64,000 nucleotides of DNA from an uncultured Acidimicrobiales bacterium. GTDB lineage: Bacteria; Actinomycetota; Acidimicrobiia; Acidimicrobiales; DATKAS01. Positions within the stretch are counted from its first letter, which is position 1; each line of letters opens with the position of its first letter. Below are positions 32,859-44,074 of this stretch, in pieces. Location of the stretch: positions 81,847-145,846 of the forward strand of contig CAVSCP010000007.1 of NCBI GenBank assembly GCA_963726495.1, in the 5' to 3' direction. The notes below the pieces were generated by a model. It had not been told where the DNA came from and searched no databases. It saw only the letters and a program-made list of their open reading frames with translations. Both the position numbers and the translations under genes were made by a program.

Positions 32859-33804
32859 ATGAGTGAGGTGTCGTTCCGTCAGCTCGGATCGTCGGGCCTG
32901 AACGTCTCGGTCGTCGGGGTGGGCTGCAACAACTTCGGCTTCCGCATCGACGAGGACGCGACGAACGCCGTCGTCGCCGCTGCCCTCGACGCAGGGCTGA
33001 ACCTCTTCGACACGGCGGCGTCGTACGGGGCCAGCGAGGAGCGCCTGGGCAAGGCACTCGGCGCGCGGCGGGCCGAGGTCGTGATCGCGACGAAGTGGCC
33101 GTCGCCGTTCGAGACGACGAAGCATCAGCCCGGCTCTCGCCATCACATCATCGAGGCGTGCGAGGGCAGCCTGCGCCGGCTCGGCACCGACTACATCGAC
33201 CTCTATCAGATGCACCGGCCCGATCCGCTCACGCCGATCGACGAGACGCTGCGCGCGCTCGACGACCTCGTGCAGTCCGGGCAAGGTGCGCTACGTCGGC
33301 AGCTCGAACTTCGCCGGATGGCAGATCGCCGACGCCGACTGGACCTCGCGCACGAACGGCTGGGCTCGCATGGTCTCGGCGCAGAACCAGTACTCCCTGG
33401 TCGACCGGCGCGTCGAGAACGACGTCATCCCCGCGTGCCGCCGCTTCGGGGTCGGGATGCTGCCGTTCTTCCCGCTGGCGAGCGGGCTCCTCACCGGCAA
33501 GTACAAGCGCGGAGCCGATGGGCCCGAAGGCGCGCGGCTCAGCCCCGGCAGCCCGATGGCGGCGCGTGCGGCGACGTTCCTGAACGACCGCAACTTCGAC
33601 AAGGTCGAGGCGCTCGAGAAGGTCGCGGCCGAAGCAGGAGTGACGCTGCTCCATCTCGCGATGGGAGGCCTCGCCGCGCAGCCGGCCGTCGCGTCGGTCA
33701 TCGCTGGCGCCACATCGCCCGAGCAGATCAAGGCCAACGTCGAGGCGGGCTCGTGGGTGCCTCCTGCCGACGTGCTCGCCGCGATCGACGAAGCCACGAA
33801 GTGA
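32859..33804 (+). pseudogene. aldo/keto reductase, one frame switch
   Basis: LFDTAASYG, IDLYQMHRPD, YVGSSNF and QNQYSL. Switch near 33285. Confidence 0.8.
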
Positions 33805-34574
33805 GCGCGTCGCTCACGTTCGACGAGCACCTCGCGGCGGTCGAGGTCTCGGGCGGTCAGCTCGCCGGCGTTCGCTCGCCAGGCGGGGCTCGACGCTCGC
33901 GTGCCGACGTGCCCCGCGTGGACGGTCGACAAGCTCGTCGCGCACCAAGCGATGGTCCACCGGTGGGCGACCGCGCACGTGCGAGGCGACGAGCCCGACG
34001 CAGTGCTCACCCAGACCCAGGTGCTCGAAACAGTTCCAGATCCTCGTTCGCTACTACGACGAGGGTCTGGGCCGATCTCATCGCTGCCCTTCGCGATGCG
34101 CCCCCCGATCTCGAGGCGATGACGTTCCTGAAGGACGCGCCCGCACCGCGCGAGTTCTGGGCCCGCCGGCAAGCGCACGAGACGACGATCCACATGGTCG
34201 ACGCGCAATCGGCGTTGCTCGGTCGCGTGCCGTCGACGGACGAGGCGGGCATCTCGTCCGCGTTCGCGGCCGACGGGCTCGACGAGCTGCTGCGCGGCTT
34301 CTTCACGCGTGGCAAGTCGAAGCTCTTCGACGGAAAGCCGTTTGTCGTCGTGGTCGCTCGCGGATGACGTCGATCGGCGATGGGTGCTCCGGGTCGACGA
34401 ACGCCTCAGCGTCGATGCCGGCGACGACGACGTGGACGACGCTGACGCTCGTCTCTCGGATCGGCCGCGGCGCTGTACCTCGCGTTGTGGAACCGCGGCG
34501 ACGAGATCGATGTGCGAGGGCGACCCGATGTGCTCGATCGTTGGCACGAGACGCAACGCGTCACGTGGAGCTGA
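33801..34574 (+). pseudogene. maleylpyruvate isomerase-family mycothiol-dependent (DinB-like) protein, at least 4 frame switches
   Basis: VPTCPAWTVDKLVAHQAMVHRWA and RRQAHETTIHMVD, with C-terminal LALWNRGDEIDVRGDPDVLDRW. Confidence 0.6.
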
Positions 34575-34650
34575 GACGACCTTCACACCCTGTTCAGCAA
34601 GCGCAGGCTCGTCGATCTTCGAGCGAGCCTGCGCGAGATCATCGCCTCGG

Positions 34651-36808
34651 CTACTTGATCAGCGGATCGCGGGGCAGGCCGAGGATGCGCTCGCCGATCT
34701 GGTTGCGCTTGATCTCGGACGTGCCACCGGCGATCGACATGCCGCGGTGCATCAGCACGAGCAGGTTGCTCATGCCGCCCGCACCGTCCATGTAGGCCGC
34801 GTCGGGACCGCTCAGCTCGGTGAGCATCGCCGCCGCTTCGTGACCGATCTCGCTGAGGATGAGCTTGGTCATCGCGCCTTCGGGCCCGGGCCCGCTCCGG
34901 CCACGGCTCGGTGCGCGGCGCGGAGGTTCAGCAAGCCCATCGCCTGCTGCTCGCGCGACGTAGCGGCCGATGCGGCGCTTCGCCGCCGGCGAGACGCTCG
35001 GGGTGCTCGTCGAACGAGGTGACCATCATCGAGCCCGGCATCGACATGCCGCCCTGCCCGCCGCCGATGCTCACGCTCTCGTTGCCGAGCGTCGCGCGGG
35101 CAACGGTCCATCCGCCGTCGACGGGGCCGACCACGTCGTCATCCGGCACGAAGACGTCGTTGAAGAAGACCTCGTTGAACTCGGAGTTGCCGCTCGTCAT
35201 CTTCAGCGGCCGCACCTCGACGCCCTCCGCGTGCATGTCGATGACCATCATCGTGATGCCCTCGTGCTTGGGCACGTCGGGATTGGTGCGCACCGTCGCG
35301 AAGCCCATGCCCGCGTAGTGCGCGCCGCTCGTCCACACCTTCTGGCCGGTGACGAGCCAGCCGCCCTCGACGCGCGTGGCCTTGGTCTTGATGCCCGCAG
35401 CGTCGGAGCCCGGCGTCGGGCTCGGAGAAGAGCTGGCACCAGATCACTTCCTGGTCGAGCGCCGGGGTGACCCAGCGCGCCACCTGGTCGTCGGTGCCGT
35501 ACTCGATGAGCGTGAGGATCACCCACCCGGTGATGCCGTACTGCGGCCGCTTGACGCCTGCCGCGCCGAACTCCTGCTCGATCACGAGCTGCTCGACCGC
35601 GCCGGCCTCGCGCCCGTAGGGCTCGGGCCAGTGCGGCATCACGTAGCCGGTCTCGATGAGCTCGGCGCGCTGCTGCTCGGGCGAGAGGTCCTTGATGCGC
35701 GCGGCGAGCGTGCGCACCTCGTCGCGGAAGGCTTCGGCCTCGGGCGGGAGCTCGACGGTCTTCTCGCGCACGACGCCGCGCCGGGTGAGCTCGCGTGAGC
35801 TCTGTCGCTGCCGCCTCGGCGTCGAGGTACCCGAGCAGGACGCTCGCGCGTCGCATGAAGAGGTGCGCGTCGTGCTCCCAGGTGATCGCGATGCCGCCGT
35901 GGACCTGCGTGCTCAGGTTGGCGCACAGGCTCGGCCGCGGGAGCCGCCAGCGTCGCCGCGACTGCGGCCGCGTAGGTCAGCTGGTCGCCGCCGGTGCCGG
36001 CGGCCTTCGCGGCATCCCACACCGCGCTCGTCGCGAGCTCACTGGCGACAGCCATGTTTGCGCAGTGGTGCTTCACCGCTTGGAACATCGCGATCGGGCG
36101 TCCGAACTGGAGGCGCTCCTTCGCGTACGAAGCCGCCATCTCGGTCGCCTCACGCGCGAGGCCAACTGCCTCGGCGGACAGGATGCACGCGGGCGAGGTC
36201 GACGAGCACGCGCCGCGCGCCGGGGAGCACGGTGGCCGGCGCGCCGTCGAGGGTGACGCGCGCGGACCGGCGGGTCGGGTCCATGTTCGGCGGCACGTCG
36301 ACCTTCACGCCGTCGCCGCGCTTCACCACTGCGACGTCGTCGCCCACGGCGACGAGGAGCACGTCGGCGAGCCCGCCTCCGAGGACGTTGCCGGCGTTGC
36401 CCGACGCTGTGCCGGCGGAGACAGCGACTGACCCCGCGAGCGCGACCGCGCCCTTCACCGAGCCATCCGCGAGACCGGGCAGCAGCTCGTCCGCGACCGA
36501 ACCGCCGACCGCGGTGAGCACCGCGCTCGACGATCACCGTCGGCACGAACGGGCCCGGGCGCGACTGCACTGCCGAGCTGCTCGATCACGACGACGAGCT
36601 CCTCGAGCCCGTAGCCCGAACCGCCCTGCGCCTCGGGGACGTGCAGCCCGAGCCAGCCGAGCTCGACGAGCTCACCCCACCAGGACGGCAGCGCCTCGTC
36701 GTGCGCCTCGAGCAGTGCCCGAGCCGAGCCCCGCGCGTCGCGCCTGTGGAGGAAGTCGTCTGCCGTCTTGGCGAGCGACTGGTGGTCTTCGGTGATCGCG
36801 ATCGACAT
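34651..36808 (-). pseudogene. two-domain (fused) acyl-CoA dehydrogenase, many frame switches
   Basis: Two ACAD units. One has ...YAKERLQFGRPIAMFQAVKHHCANM. The other has ...WCQLFSEPDAG..., KVWTSGAHYA and SIAGGTSEIKRNQIGERILGLP. Pieces lie in at least 8 ORFs. Confidence 0.7.
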
Positions 36809-36825
36809 GCCGCGAGCCTGCCAGG

Positions 36826-37692
36826 ATGAGGCGCCTGACAGGAAATGGAGTCGCAGAGTTGGCCGAGCCGCGCCCTGATCTCACGTTCACCCATCCGATG
36901 GTCGAGAACGTGGTGTCCAAGATCGGCATCCATGCGACGGAGCCCGGCGACCCCTGCGGCTCCGGCATGCACCTCCATCTCTCGCCCGCGCTCCTCGACG
37001 ACGACGGGCACGTCGACTTCGGCGTGCTCGGGGTGTTCTTCGACATGGCCTGCTCACAGGCCGGCTTGAACTCGCCCTTCCTGCACCAAGACATCAGCGT
37101 GCACCGCATCGACAAGCCCACGGGCACGAAGCTCCTCGTCGACGCGCGGGTCGCCCGGCGCGGCGGTCGTTCCGCGGTCATCCAGATCGACGCGCACGAC
37201 GACCTCGGCACTCGCGTCGCCTACAGCTGCCAGCAGCTGCGGCTCGCGCCGAACGCGCAGGAGCACGACCTCGAGGCCATGCAGGTGTTCCGCGACGCGT
37301 TCTTCCGGCAGTTCGACGGCGTGTGCCGGCTGCCTGGTCGCCTGCACGACACGTTGGGTCTCAGTCGGGGCGAACGCGAGGGGAAGCAGGTGTGGTGGCT
37401 GCCCCTCGGCCCCACGAGCATCAACGGCTTCGGTGGTCTGCACGGTGGTGTCGCGTTCTCGCTCGTCGGCGACGCGGCCGCGGGTGCGGCAGCACACCAG
37501 TTCGGCGCGGCGAAGACGACCAGCGCGCTCGTGCGCTACCTCGCGCCCGGGCTCGGCGGGCCGTTCCGCGCGGAACCGCTCGTGATGCCGCAAGCCGACG
37601 GCGACGCGATCGTGCGCGTCGAGGTGTTCGACGAGGGCGCCGACGATCTGCTGATCATCATCGGCGAGTCGCACGTCGTCACCGAGCGCTGA
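36826..37692 (+). CDS. double hotdog-fold (PaaI/thioesterase-like) protein
   Basis: Intact 288-aa ORF. It has two halves of about 140 aa, and the second half carries GGLHGGVAFSLVGDAAAGAA, which is typical of PaaI-type hotdog domains. Confidence 0.55.
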   Translation: MRRLTGNGVAELAEPRPDLTFTHPMVENVVSKIGIHATEPGDPCGSGMHLHLSPALLDDDGHVDFGVLGVFFDMACSQAGLNSPFLHQDISVHRIDKPTGTKLLVDARVARRGGRSAVIQIDAHDDLGTRVAYSCQQLRLAPNAQEHDLEAMQVFRDAFFRQFDGVCRLPGRLHDTLGLSRGEREGKQVWWLPLGPTSINGFGGLHGGVAFSLVGDAAAGAAAHQFGAAKTTSALVRYLAPGLGGPFRAEPLVMPQADGDAIVRVEVFDEGADDLLIIIGESHVVTER

Positions 37693-38899
37693 CGGCCTCC
37701 GGTTCGACGAGGAAGTTGCCGGCCTGCAGACGCACGAGTGCGTCGTCGTCGGTGCGGGCCACGCACTGGGGGTCGTCACCGTCGGCTACGGCTTTGATGG
37801 CGCGCTTGAAGAGCGTGCGGAACATCACGACGCCGCGATCGCTCGCCGCGAGCTGCTCCTGTGAGTGCAGGGTGATGCGTCCTTGCCCGACTTGCGCTTC
37901 GTAGTCGCCGGGGTAGCGCTGGTGGCCTTCGTCGTCGAGCTGGTACCACGACTTGCCGCCGTACATCGGAGCGTCCTTCACCTTCGACAGCCACGACGTG
38001 TCGGCGTCCGGTCCCATTCGAAACGCCGTGAAGATGCGCGTCGTGGTGTCGTCGATCGGCAGCGTCCACGCGACGTTGTCGGTCCTGGTGAACGACGAGA
38101 CGCGTGGATCGGCGACGACTCTGATGTTCGGCATGACGAGCTCGGTGACGCGGTGGTGGATCGAGCCGTCGTCGAGCTTGCGATCCTGGAACGACCGGAC
38201 TCCGTAGTCGGTGAAGTCCCAAGAGATCTCGGGGAAGATGTTCATGATCTCGGTGAACTGCGTGCCCGAGAACGTGCCGTGGAGGATGAACACGTGGTAC
38301 GGGTCCATCACGTTCTCGTGCGTCTGGAACCAGTTGCAGTGCATGAGCGGCGGTCCGCCTGATCCGATGCTTGCGCCGTTGGCCACCACACGCTCACCCG
38401 GACCCAGGTCTTCGAAGATGTCGTAGCGGGGGAGCACCGGTTGCTTGTCGGCAGGGCCGAGGTACGCGAAGACCATGCCGTAGCGCTCCTGCACCGGGTA
38501 CCAGGGCTGGCGGTACCGGTCGCGGTGCAAGCCGTGCTCGGGCTCGCACGGCTGGTCGAGGCAGCGACCCTCCGAGTCGAAGAGCCAGCCGTGGTAGCAG
38601 CAGCGGATGCCGACGTCTTCGACCCTGCCGAAGAGGAGCGTCGTGCCGCGGTGCACGCAGCGCGGGTAGACGAGCCCGGGGTTGCCACTGCGGTCGCGGA
38701 ACAAGACGAGGTCTTCGCCGAGGACGCGGATCGCGCGTGGAAGGTCAGTGGCTTCCTCGGACAGCGCCACGGGATGCCAGTACCGCCTGAGGAGCTCACC
38801 TCCCGGTGTGCCCGCGTCCACCGACGTGAGGTCGTGGTCGATCGTCCCGGCGGGCAGGCCGTACGCGCGGCCATCGCCGTTTCCAGCGTCAGCGCTCAT
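37679..38899 (-). CDS. Rieske (2Fe-2S) aromatic-ring-hydroxylating oxygenase alpha subunit-like protein
   Basis: Intact 406-aa ORF. Rieske motif CVHRGT...CCYHGW, and the catalytic-domain peptide NWFQTHENVMDPYHVFILH. Confidence 0.8.
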   Translation of the reverse strand: MSADAGNGDGRAYGLPAGTIDHDLTSVDAGTPGGELLRRYWHPVALSEEATDLPRAIRVLGEDLVLFRDRSGNPGLVYPRCVHRGTTLLFGRVEDVGIRCCYHGWLFDSEGRCLDQPCEPEHGLHRDRYRQPWYPVQERYGMVFAYLGPADKQPVLPRYDIFEDLGPGERVVANGASIGSGGPPLMHCNWFQTHENVMDPYHVFILHGTFSGTQFTEIMNIFPEISWDFTDYGVRSFQDRKLDDGSIHHRVTELVMPNIRVVADPRVSSFTRTDNVAWTLPIDDTTTRIFTAFRMGPDADTSWLSKVKDAPMYGGKSWYQLDDEGHQRYPGDYEAQVGQGRITLHSQEQLAASDRGVVMFRTLFKRAIKAVADGDDPQCVARTDDDALVRLQAGNFLVEPEAVSAR

Positions 38900-38986
38900 G
38901 CGCTCATCGTAAGCACGCGGCGCGTCGAGCCGTCAGGATCTCGTCAGGAGCCTTGACCCGCCGGTCGCGCGCTCGTACATCGTGGA

Positions 38987-39697
38987 GTGATGGTCCGTGT
39001 CGGATGCGCGGCGTTGGTCTCGGTCGCCGCCGTCTGCGCGCTCGTGCCGCTGCGCAGCCATGTCGCGTCGGCGAACCTCGCCCTGATCCTGGTGCTCGTC
39101 GTGCTCGGGATCGCGGTCGTCGGCGGCCGGGCGGCGGGCGTCGCCGCGGGCATCGTCACCGCGATCGCGTTCGACTTCTTCCTCACCGTCCCGTACGGCG
39201 CGCTCACGATCGACCGAAGCGACGACGTGCAGACGACGGTGCTGCTCGCCGCCGTCGGGCTGGTTGGCGGTGAGCTGGTCGAGCGGGCTCGTCGCAGTCA
39301 TGCCCACGCGCTCGACCGTGACCGTGAGATCGAGCGCTTCCAGCGCCGGGCCGAGCTCGCTGCGGCCGGCGAGCCGCCTGGCCGGCTGATCGCGCGCTCC
39401 GCCGAGGAGCTGGCCGACCTCCTCGACGCCGTCGACGTCGAGTACCGAGTCGGGTCGCCGCCGAGTGAGGTGTCGGTGCTCACGCACGACGGCGCGCGGG
39501 TGCCGAGTGGCCCCAGCGCGGTTGGCGCCGACGTCGCCGCGCTGCCGGTTCGGGCTCATGGCCGCGACCTCGGCTACTTCCTCCTCCTCTTCCCGAGGAG
39601 CAACGCCGGGATGTCGATCGACATCGATCGCCGTCACGCCGCCGCTGCGGTCGCGGACCAGCTCGGCGTCGCGCTCCTCCGCCATCGGAGGTCGTGA
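38987..39697 (+). CDS. DUF4118 (KdpD-type membrane domain)-containing protein without a kinase domain
   Basis: Intact 236-aa ORF. Membrane helices plus FDFFLTVPYGALTIDRSDDVQTTVLL, which is typical of DUF4118. Confidence 0.55.
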   Translation: MMVRVGCAALVSVAAVCALVPLRSHVASANLALILVLVVLGIAVVGGRAAGVAAGIVTAIAFDFFLTVPYGALTIDRSDDVQTTVLLAAVGLVGGELVERARRSHAHALDRDREIERFQRRAELAAAGEPPGRLIARSAEELADLLDAVDVEYRVGSPPSEVSVLTHDGARVPSGPSAVGADVAALPVRAHGRDLGYFLLLFPRSNAGMSIDIDRRHAAAAVADQLGVALLRHRRS

Positions 39698-39710
39698 AGC
39701 GCCTACGCCG

Positions 39711-42090
39711 TCAGTGCTGCTTCGGCGGCGCGTGGGGGACCGAGAGCAACCGGTACTCGGGGTTCAGCATCGAGACACGGCTCTTGTGGAGGCCGATGAC
39801 GCCGTTCGCGGTGAGCATCGTCCCCGGGATGATGCCGCCGATCTGGCGGCGTCCGAGGAACACGAGCGTGAGCTCACCACTGGCGTCACGCAGCGTCGCC
39901 TCGAGCGTCGGCGCGCCACCCCACGGCTGCACGCGCACCGCGACGATCCTCCCGCTGACCGCGACACGCTCGTGTGAGGGCGCCGCGTCGATCGCCAGTG
40001 ATCCGGCCACCGGGGCGATCGTGGGGTCGTGGGTCACTCGCGGCTGTCGCGGGCCCGATCCGTTCGTGCGCTCGTGCGGCTGCTCGTACATCGCCTCGAG
40101 GTCGACCGAGTGCTTCGGCGCGCCCGACCTCAGGTGGTACGGCACGATCGTCACGTTGCAGTGCGGTAGGTCGGCCAGTGCCTCGGCGATCGATCCCGCG
40201 GTGCGATCGTGCAGCAGGCGATGCCACACCCGGGTGTGCTGGATGCGGGGGATCAGCACGGTGACTTCGGTGTCGAGGTCGCCGAGCTCGGCGGCGACCA
40301 GCTCGAGCGCGGCGCGGTTCAGGCGTCGATCGGGCAGCTCGTGGATCTCGAGCGAGACCCGTGCGAGGCCGAGGCGGGTCCAGGCCGCGGTGAGGTCCTC
40401 GGTGCGCACGGGGTCGAGATCGAAGTGGATGACGCGCAGCTCGTCGGGCGTCAGCGTGCGCGCGTACTGGAGCGCTCGAGCGGCGGCGAGGTTCACGTCG
40501 TCGATGAACACGAACACGACGTGCCGGCGCAGGATCGGCGCGGCGACTGCCTTCGGCGCGTCGTGCTCGAGCTCGCGTGCCTCGCCCTCGTACTGGCGGT
40601 TGAGCCTCACGAGCACGGACACCATGATCGGGACGAGCACCAGGATCACCCACGCGCCGTGCGTGAACTTCGTGATCGCGACGATCACGAGGACGAGGAG
40701 CGAGAGCAGGGCGCCCGTCGCGTTGACGAACAGCCCCCACCGCCAGCCGTCCTCCTTGAGCCGGATGTGGTGCTTCGCCATGCCGGCCTGCGAGAGCGTG
40801 AAGCTCGTGAACACACCGATCGCGTAGAGCGGGATGAGCCGGTCGACCTTCGCGTCGGTGACGATCAGCAGCACGATCGCCGCGATCGCGAGCGAGATGA
40901 TCCCGTTCGAGAACACGAGCCGGTGCCCGCGCTTCGTGAGCTGGCGGGGCATGAAGTTGTCGCCGGCGTGGAAGCTCGCGAGACGAGGGAAGTCGGCGAA
41001 GCTGGTGTTCGCCGCGAGCACCAGGATCAGCATCGTGCCGACCTGCAGCAGGTAATAGAGCACGCGGCCCGTGGTGGTCGGACCGAAGACGAGGTCGCCG
41101 ACCTGCGAGATGACCGTCGGGGTGCCCGAGATGTACGGCGCGGCGTGCACCTTCGCCGCCAGCACCGACAGGCCGAGGAACATCACGCCGAGCAGGGAGC
41201 CCATGATCACGAGCGTCGTCCGCGCGTTCTTCCACGCGGGCTCTTTGAACGCGGGCACGCCGTTCGAGATCGCCTCGACACCCGTGACCGCCGCACCGCC
41301 GGACGCGAACGCGTGGAGGATCACGTAGAGCGTGGCGCCATAGAAGAGGCCGGCGCTCGGACTGCCGACTGGCACGAGGCCCGGATGATCGAGGCTCTGG
41401 ACCGGGCAGGTTGCCGAAGAACATCTTCACGGTGCCGACGACGATCAGCACGGCCATGCAGCCGATGAAGAAGTAGGTGGGCACCGCGAAGATGCGGCCT
41501 GACTCGCGGACACCCTTCAGGTTCATCCCCGCGATGAGCACGACGCACGCGATCGAAAGCCACAGCTGGAAGGGAACGATCGCAGGGATCGCCGAAGCGA
41601 CTGCGGCCATGCCTGCCGCCACCGACACCGACACGGTGAGCACGTAGTCGGTGAGCAATGCGACACCCGCGACCTGAGCCGGCAGGAGACCGAAGTTGTC
41701 GCGGGTGACGATGTACGCGCCGCCTGCGCTCGGATAGGCCTTGATCGTCTGGCGGTACGAGAGGATCAGGAAGCCGAGCACCACCAACAGCGCGGTGGTG
41801 ATGGGCACCACGAGGCTGAACGCAGCCACGCCGACGGCGGGCACCGCGACACGGAGGATCTCCTCGGTCGCGTACGCGGACGACGAGAGGTTGTCGCTGG
41901 CGAACACCGCGAGCGCGGTGGGCTTGCCGAGCCGTTCGTGCGCGAGCCGCTCGGTGTGCAGCGGCGGCCCCAGGAGGCCCTTCTTGATCCGGTAGCCCCG
42001 CGATTCGGGGAGGTCGATCGAGGGCGCGGAGCCGTTCGTCGAGGTCTCGTCAGGCGCACTGGGAGGCGCGAGTTCCTCTTCAACCTTCAC
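39711..42090 (-). pseudogene. APC-superfamily permease with a long cytoplasmic tail and a C-terminal OB-fold-like domain, one frame switch
   Basis: N-terminus AVFASDNLSSSAYATEEIL... The switch is near 41380-41400. ORF 39711-41375 then runs through the tail into VSGRIVAVRVQPWGGAPTLEATLRDASGELTLVFLGRR..., which looks like an OB fold. Confidence 0.65.
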
Positions 42091-42398
42091 TGATCACAGT
42101 TGAACGGTTGCCCCCTCGTGAAGACAGCGTCCTCGCGTCAAGATCGCGCCAGTAGTGGACGGCGCGCCGTAAGGGGTCCGTTAGGGCGGGTCTGGGCGAC
42201 CGGCGAGGGGTTCCGAAATTGCTTCCCGGCCGTGTAACGCGAGCGTCACCTCGGACGCTGTAGGCGATGCGAAGCGGCCCGCCCGCGCTACGCCAAGCTG
42301 TCGGCTCGATCGACGGCGGGCGGGTCGCCTCGCGCGGTTCCCGCCGAAGGCCCAGGGCGTTCCCATGCGAGGGTGAGCGCCCGGGGCCCTCGGTCTCC

Positions 42399-43295
42399 TC
42401 AGCCGCCCAGCTTCCGGAGCACGACGTCGAGACTCGGCCAGGGTGTCCAGTCGCCGAGGCTCTCCTGGACGCATCGCGCGAAGAGCCACTGCCTCACGCG
42501 GTCGGCATCAAGCCCCGCCAGATCCGCGACCGCGGTCAGCAGCCCGATCGGGTCGGCCTGCAGGGAGACGTCGCAGTTCAACAGGTGCTGCAGGACGTCG
42601 TAGTGGGGGTCGCCGACATACGGCTTGGGGTCGATGAGCAGCCACGGGCGGCGCTGGCCGGACAGCACGTTGCCGGCGTGGAGGTCGGTGAACAGCAGGA
42701 CCTCGGTGGGTCCGGTGCGCGCGAGCTCGCGGAACAGCGCGAGCCCCTCGCGAGCCAGCCCGGCGTCGAGTCGTGCCGGGTCGGCAGCGAGCCGCGCCTC
42801 GGCTCGCGCCGCCCAGTCGTCGGCCATCACCGAGAGCGGACGGAACGGATGGTCGGCCGGCAGGTCCACGGCCCACACCGAGCGGAGCAGGTCGGTCACG
42901 ACGACGTGCTGCTCGGCCTCGGGGCGTCCGCGCAGCTCGGTGCCAGGGCGGCACCGCTCGAGCAGCAGCGCGGTGGTGTCGTCGGCAAGGTGGTCGAACG
43001 CGTACACCTCGGCCGCGCCTTGGCCTCCGAGCGCGGCGAGCCCCTCGGCCTCGTGCAACGACTCGGTGTGCTGCCACGCGACCTTGAGCACTACGTCGCG
43101 TCCGTCGACGTCGACTCCCGGCGCGACCCACGAGCAGTTGCCGCCGGGCTCGAACGGTTCGTCGAGGATGAGCTGCCAGCGCGCTGAGAGCTCGTCGACC
43201 CGGGCCGGCAGCGCGGCCAACCACGCCACCCGCGCCGGTCCACCAGCGTCGGTGGAGGCCTGCAGGTACTTCGGCACGCGCAGACTCGAGGTCAT
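42399..43295 (-). CDS. aminoglycoside phosphotransferase family protein (APH(6)/streptomycin kinase-like)
   Basis: Intact 298-aa ORF. LFTDLHAGNVL...LLIDPKPYVGDPHYD matches the catalytic and activation-loop motifs of the family. Confidence 0.7.
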   Translation of the reverse strand: MTSSLRVPKYLQASTDAGGPARVAWLAALPARVDELSARWQLILDEPFEPGGNCSWVAPGVDVDGRDVVLKVAWQHTESLHEAEGLAALGGQGAAEVYAFDHLADDTTALLLERCRPGTELRGRPEAEQHVVVTDLLRSVWAVDLPADHPFRPLSVMADDWAARAEARLAADPARLDAGLAREGLALFRELARTGPTEVLLFTDLHAGNVLSGQRRPWLLIDPKPYVGDPHYDVLQHLLNCDVSLQADPIGLLTAVADLAGLDADRVRQWLFARCVQESLGDWTPWPSLDVVLRKLGG

Positions 43296-43351
43296 GCGGG
43301 CACCGTAAAGGTCCGAGGCGGTGCGAGAGCGCGTCGGCTCGCGGGCTCCGG

Positions 43352-43608
43352 TCAGGCGACCCAGAACGTCGGGGGAGCCGTCACGCCGGCCTCTTGCATC
43401 ACCTTGGCGAGGTCGGGATCGGAGAGCAGCGCCTCGACGTTGTCGGTGTCGGCCTCGCCGACGATCCAGACGGAGTTGGGGTCATCCGCGTCGCGCAGAA
43501 CGGCGATGTCGGTGATGCCGAGCCCCGCGTGCCGCTCTTGTCCGCGTCGTAGAACGGCCGCCACTTGTCGTAGTCGGCGACGGGATGATTGATGAACGCA
43601 CGGGCCAT
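43352..43608 (-). pseudogene. small conserved hypothetical protein, one frame switch
   Basis: MARAFINHPVADYDKWRPFYDADK... then ...LRDADDPNSVWIVGEADTDNVEALLSDPDLAKVMQEAGV in a second frame. Confidence 0.35.
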
Positions 43609-43697
43609 GTGAACCTCGGTTCGAAGACCGGTGCTCGGACCACAACCCGCATCCGCCAACGTGACGTGCGGCGCCGAGTACGCACACGGGAAGCGAC

Positions 43698-43728
43698 GAA
43701 GTCCCACCAATTGTGGGTGGGGGACTTC
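43698..43728 (-). terminator. stable GC-rich hairpin (candidate intrinsic terminator, no U-tract)
   Basis: GAAGTCCCACC-AATTGT-GGGTGGGGGACTTC, 35 nt downstream of the GYD-like gene stop. Confidence 0.3.
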
Positions 43729-43762
43729 AGTCTGTTCAGGGCTCTGCGAACAAGACCGCGGG

Positions 43763-44074
43763 TCAGCGCCCGGCGATGATCTTGACCTCGTCCGCCCACG
43801 AGAGCACGTCCTCGAGCGGGATCGCTCGTGGCGCAACGAGCACAACGTGCGCGCCGTGTGATCGCCTGTTGCGACTTCATCGCGAGACCTCATCCGGGTA
43901 GTCGGTGATCGTGAACAAGCTGTTGTCGCTCCACAGCACGTATTGCGCCTTGATCTCGCCACCGCACTTCGAGACGATGTCGTAGGCCGCGACCTGCTCG
44001 GTGGTCCGCTCGTCGTCGTCCATGGTGGCCCACTTGGGTGAGAACGTCAGTTTCGTTGCACTCAGATGGCTCAT
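43763..44074 (-). pseudogene. GYD-domain-like small protein, two compensating frame switches
   Basis: MSHLSATKLTF...YVLWSDNSLFTITDYPDEVS, then AMKSQQAITRR in a second frame, then VVLVAPRAIPLEDVLSWADEVKIIAGR in the first frame. Confidence 0.45.

Noticed and set aside
43763-44074. Apparent in-frame TGA (readthrough or Sec) in the GYD-like gene at about 43877.
   Set aside because: The residues expected between the two halves (AMKSQQAITRR) are present in a different frame, so two compensating indels explain it. No redox motif is at the stop.
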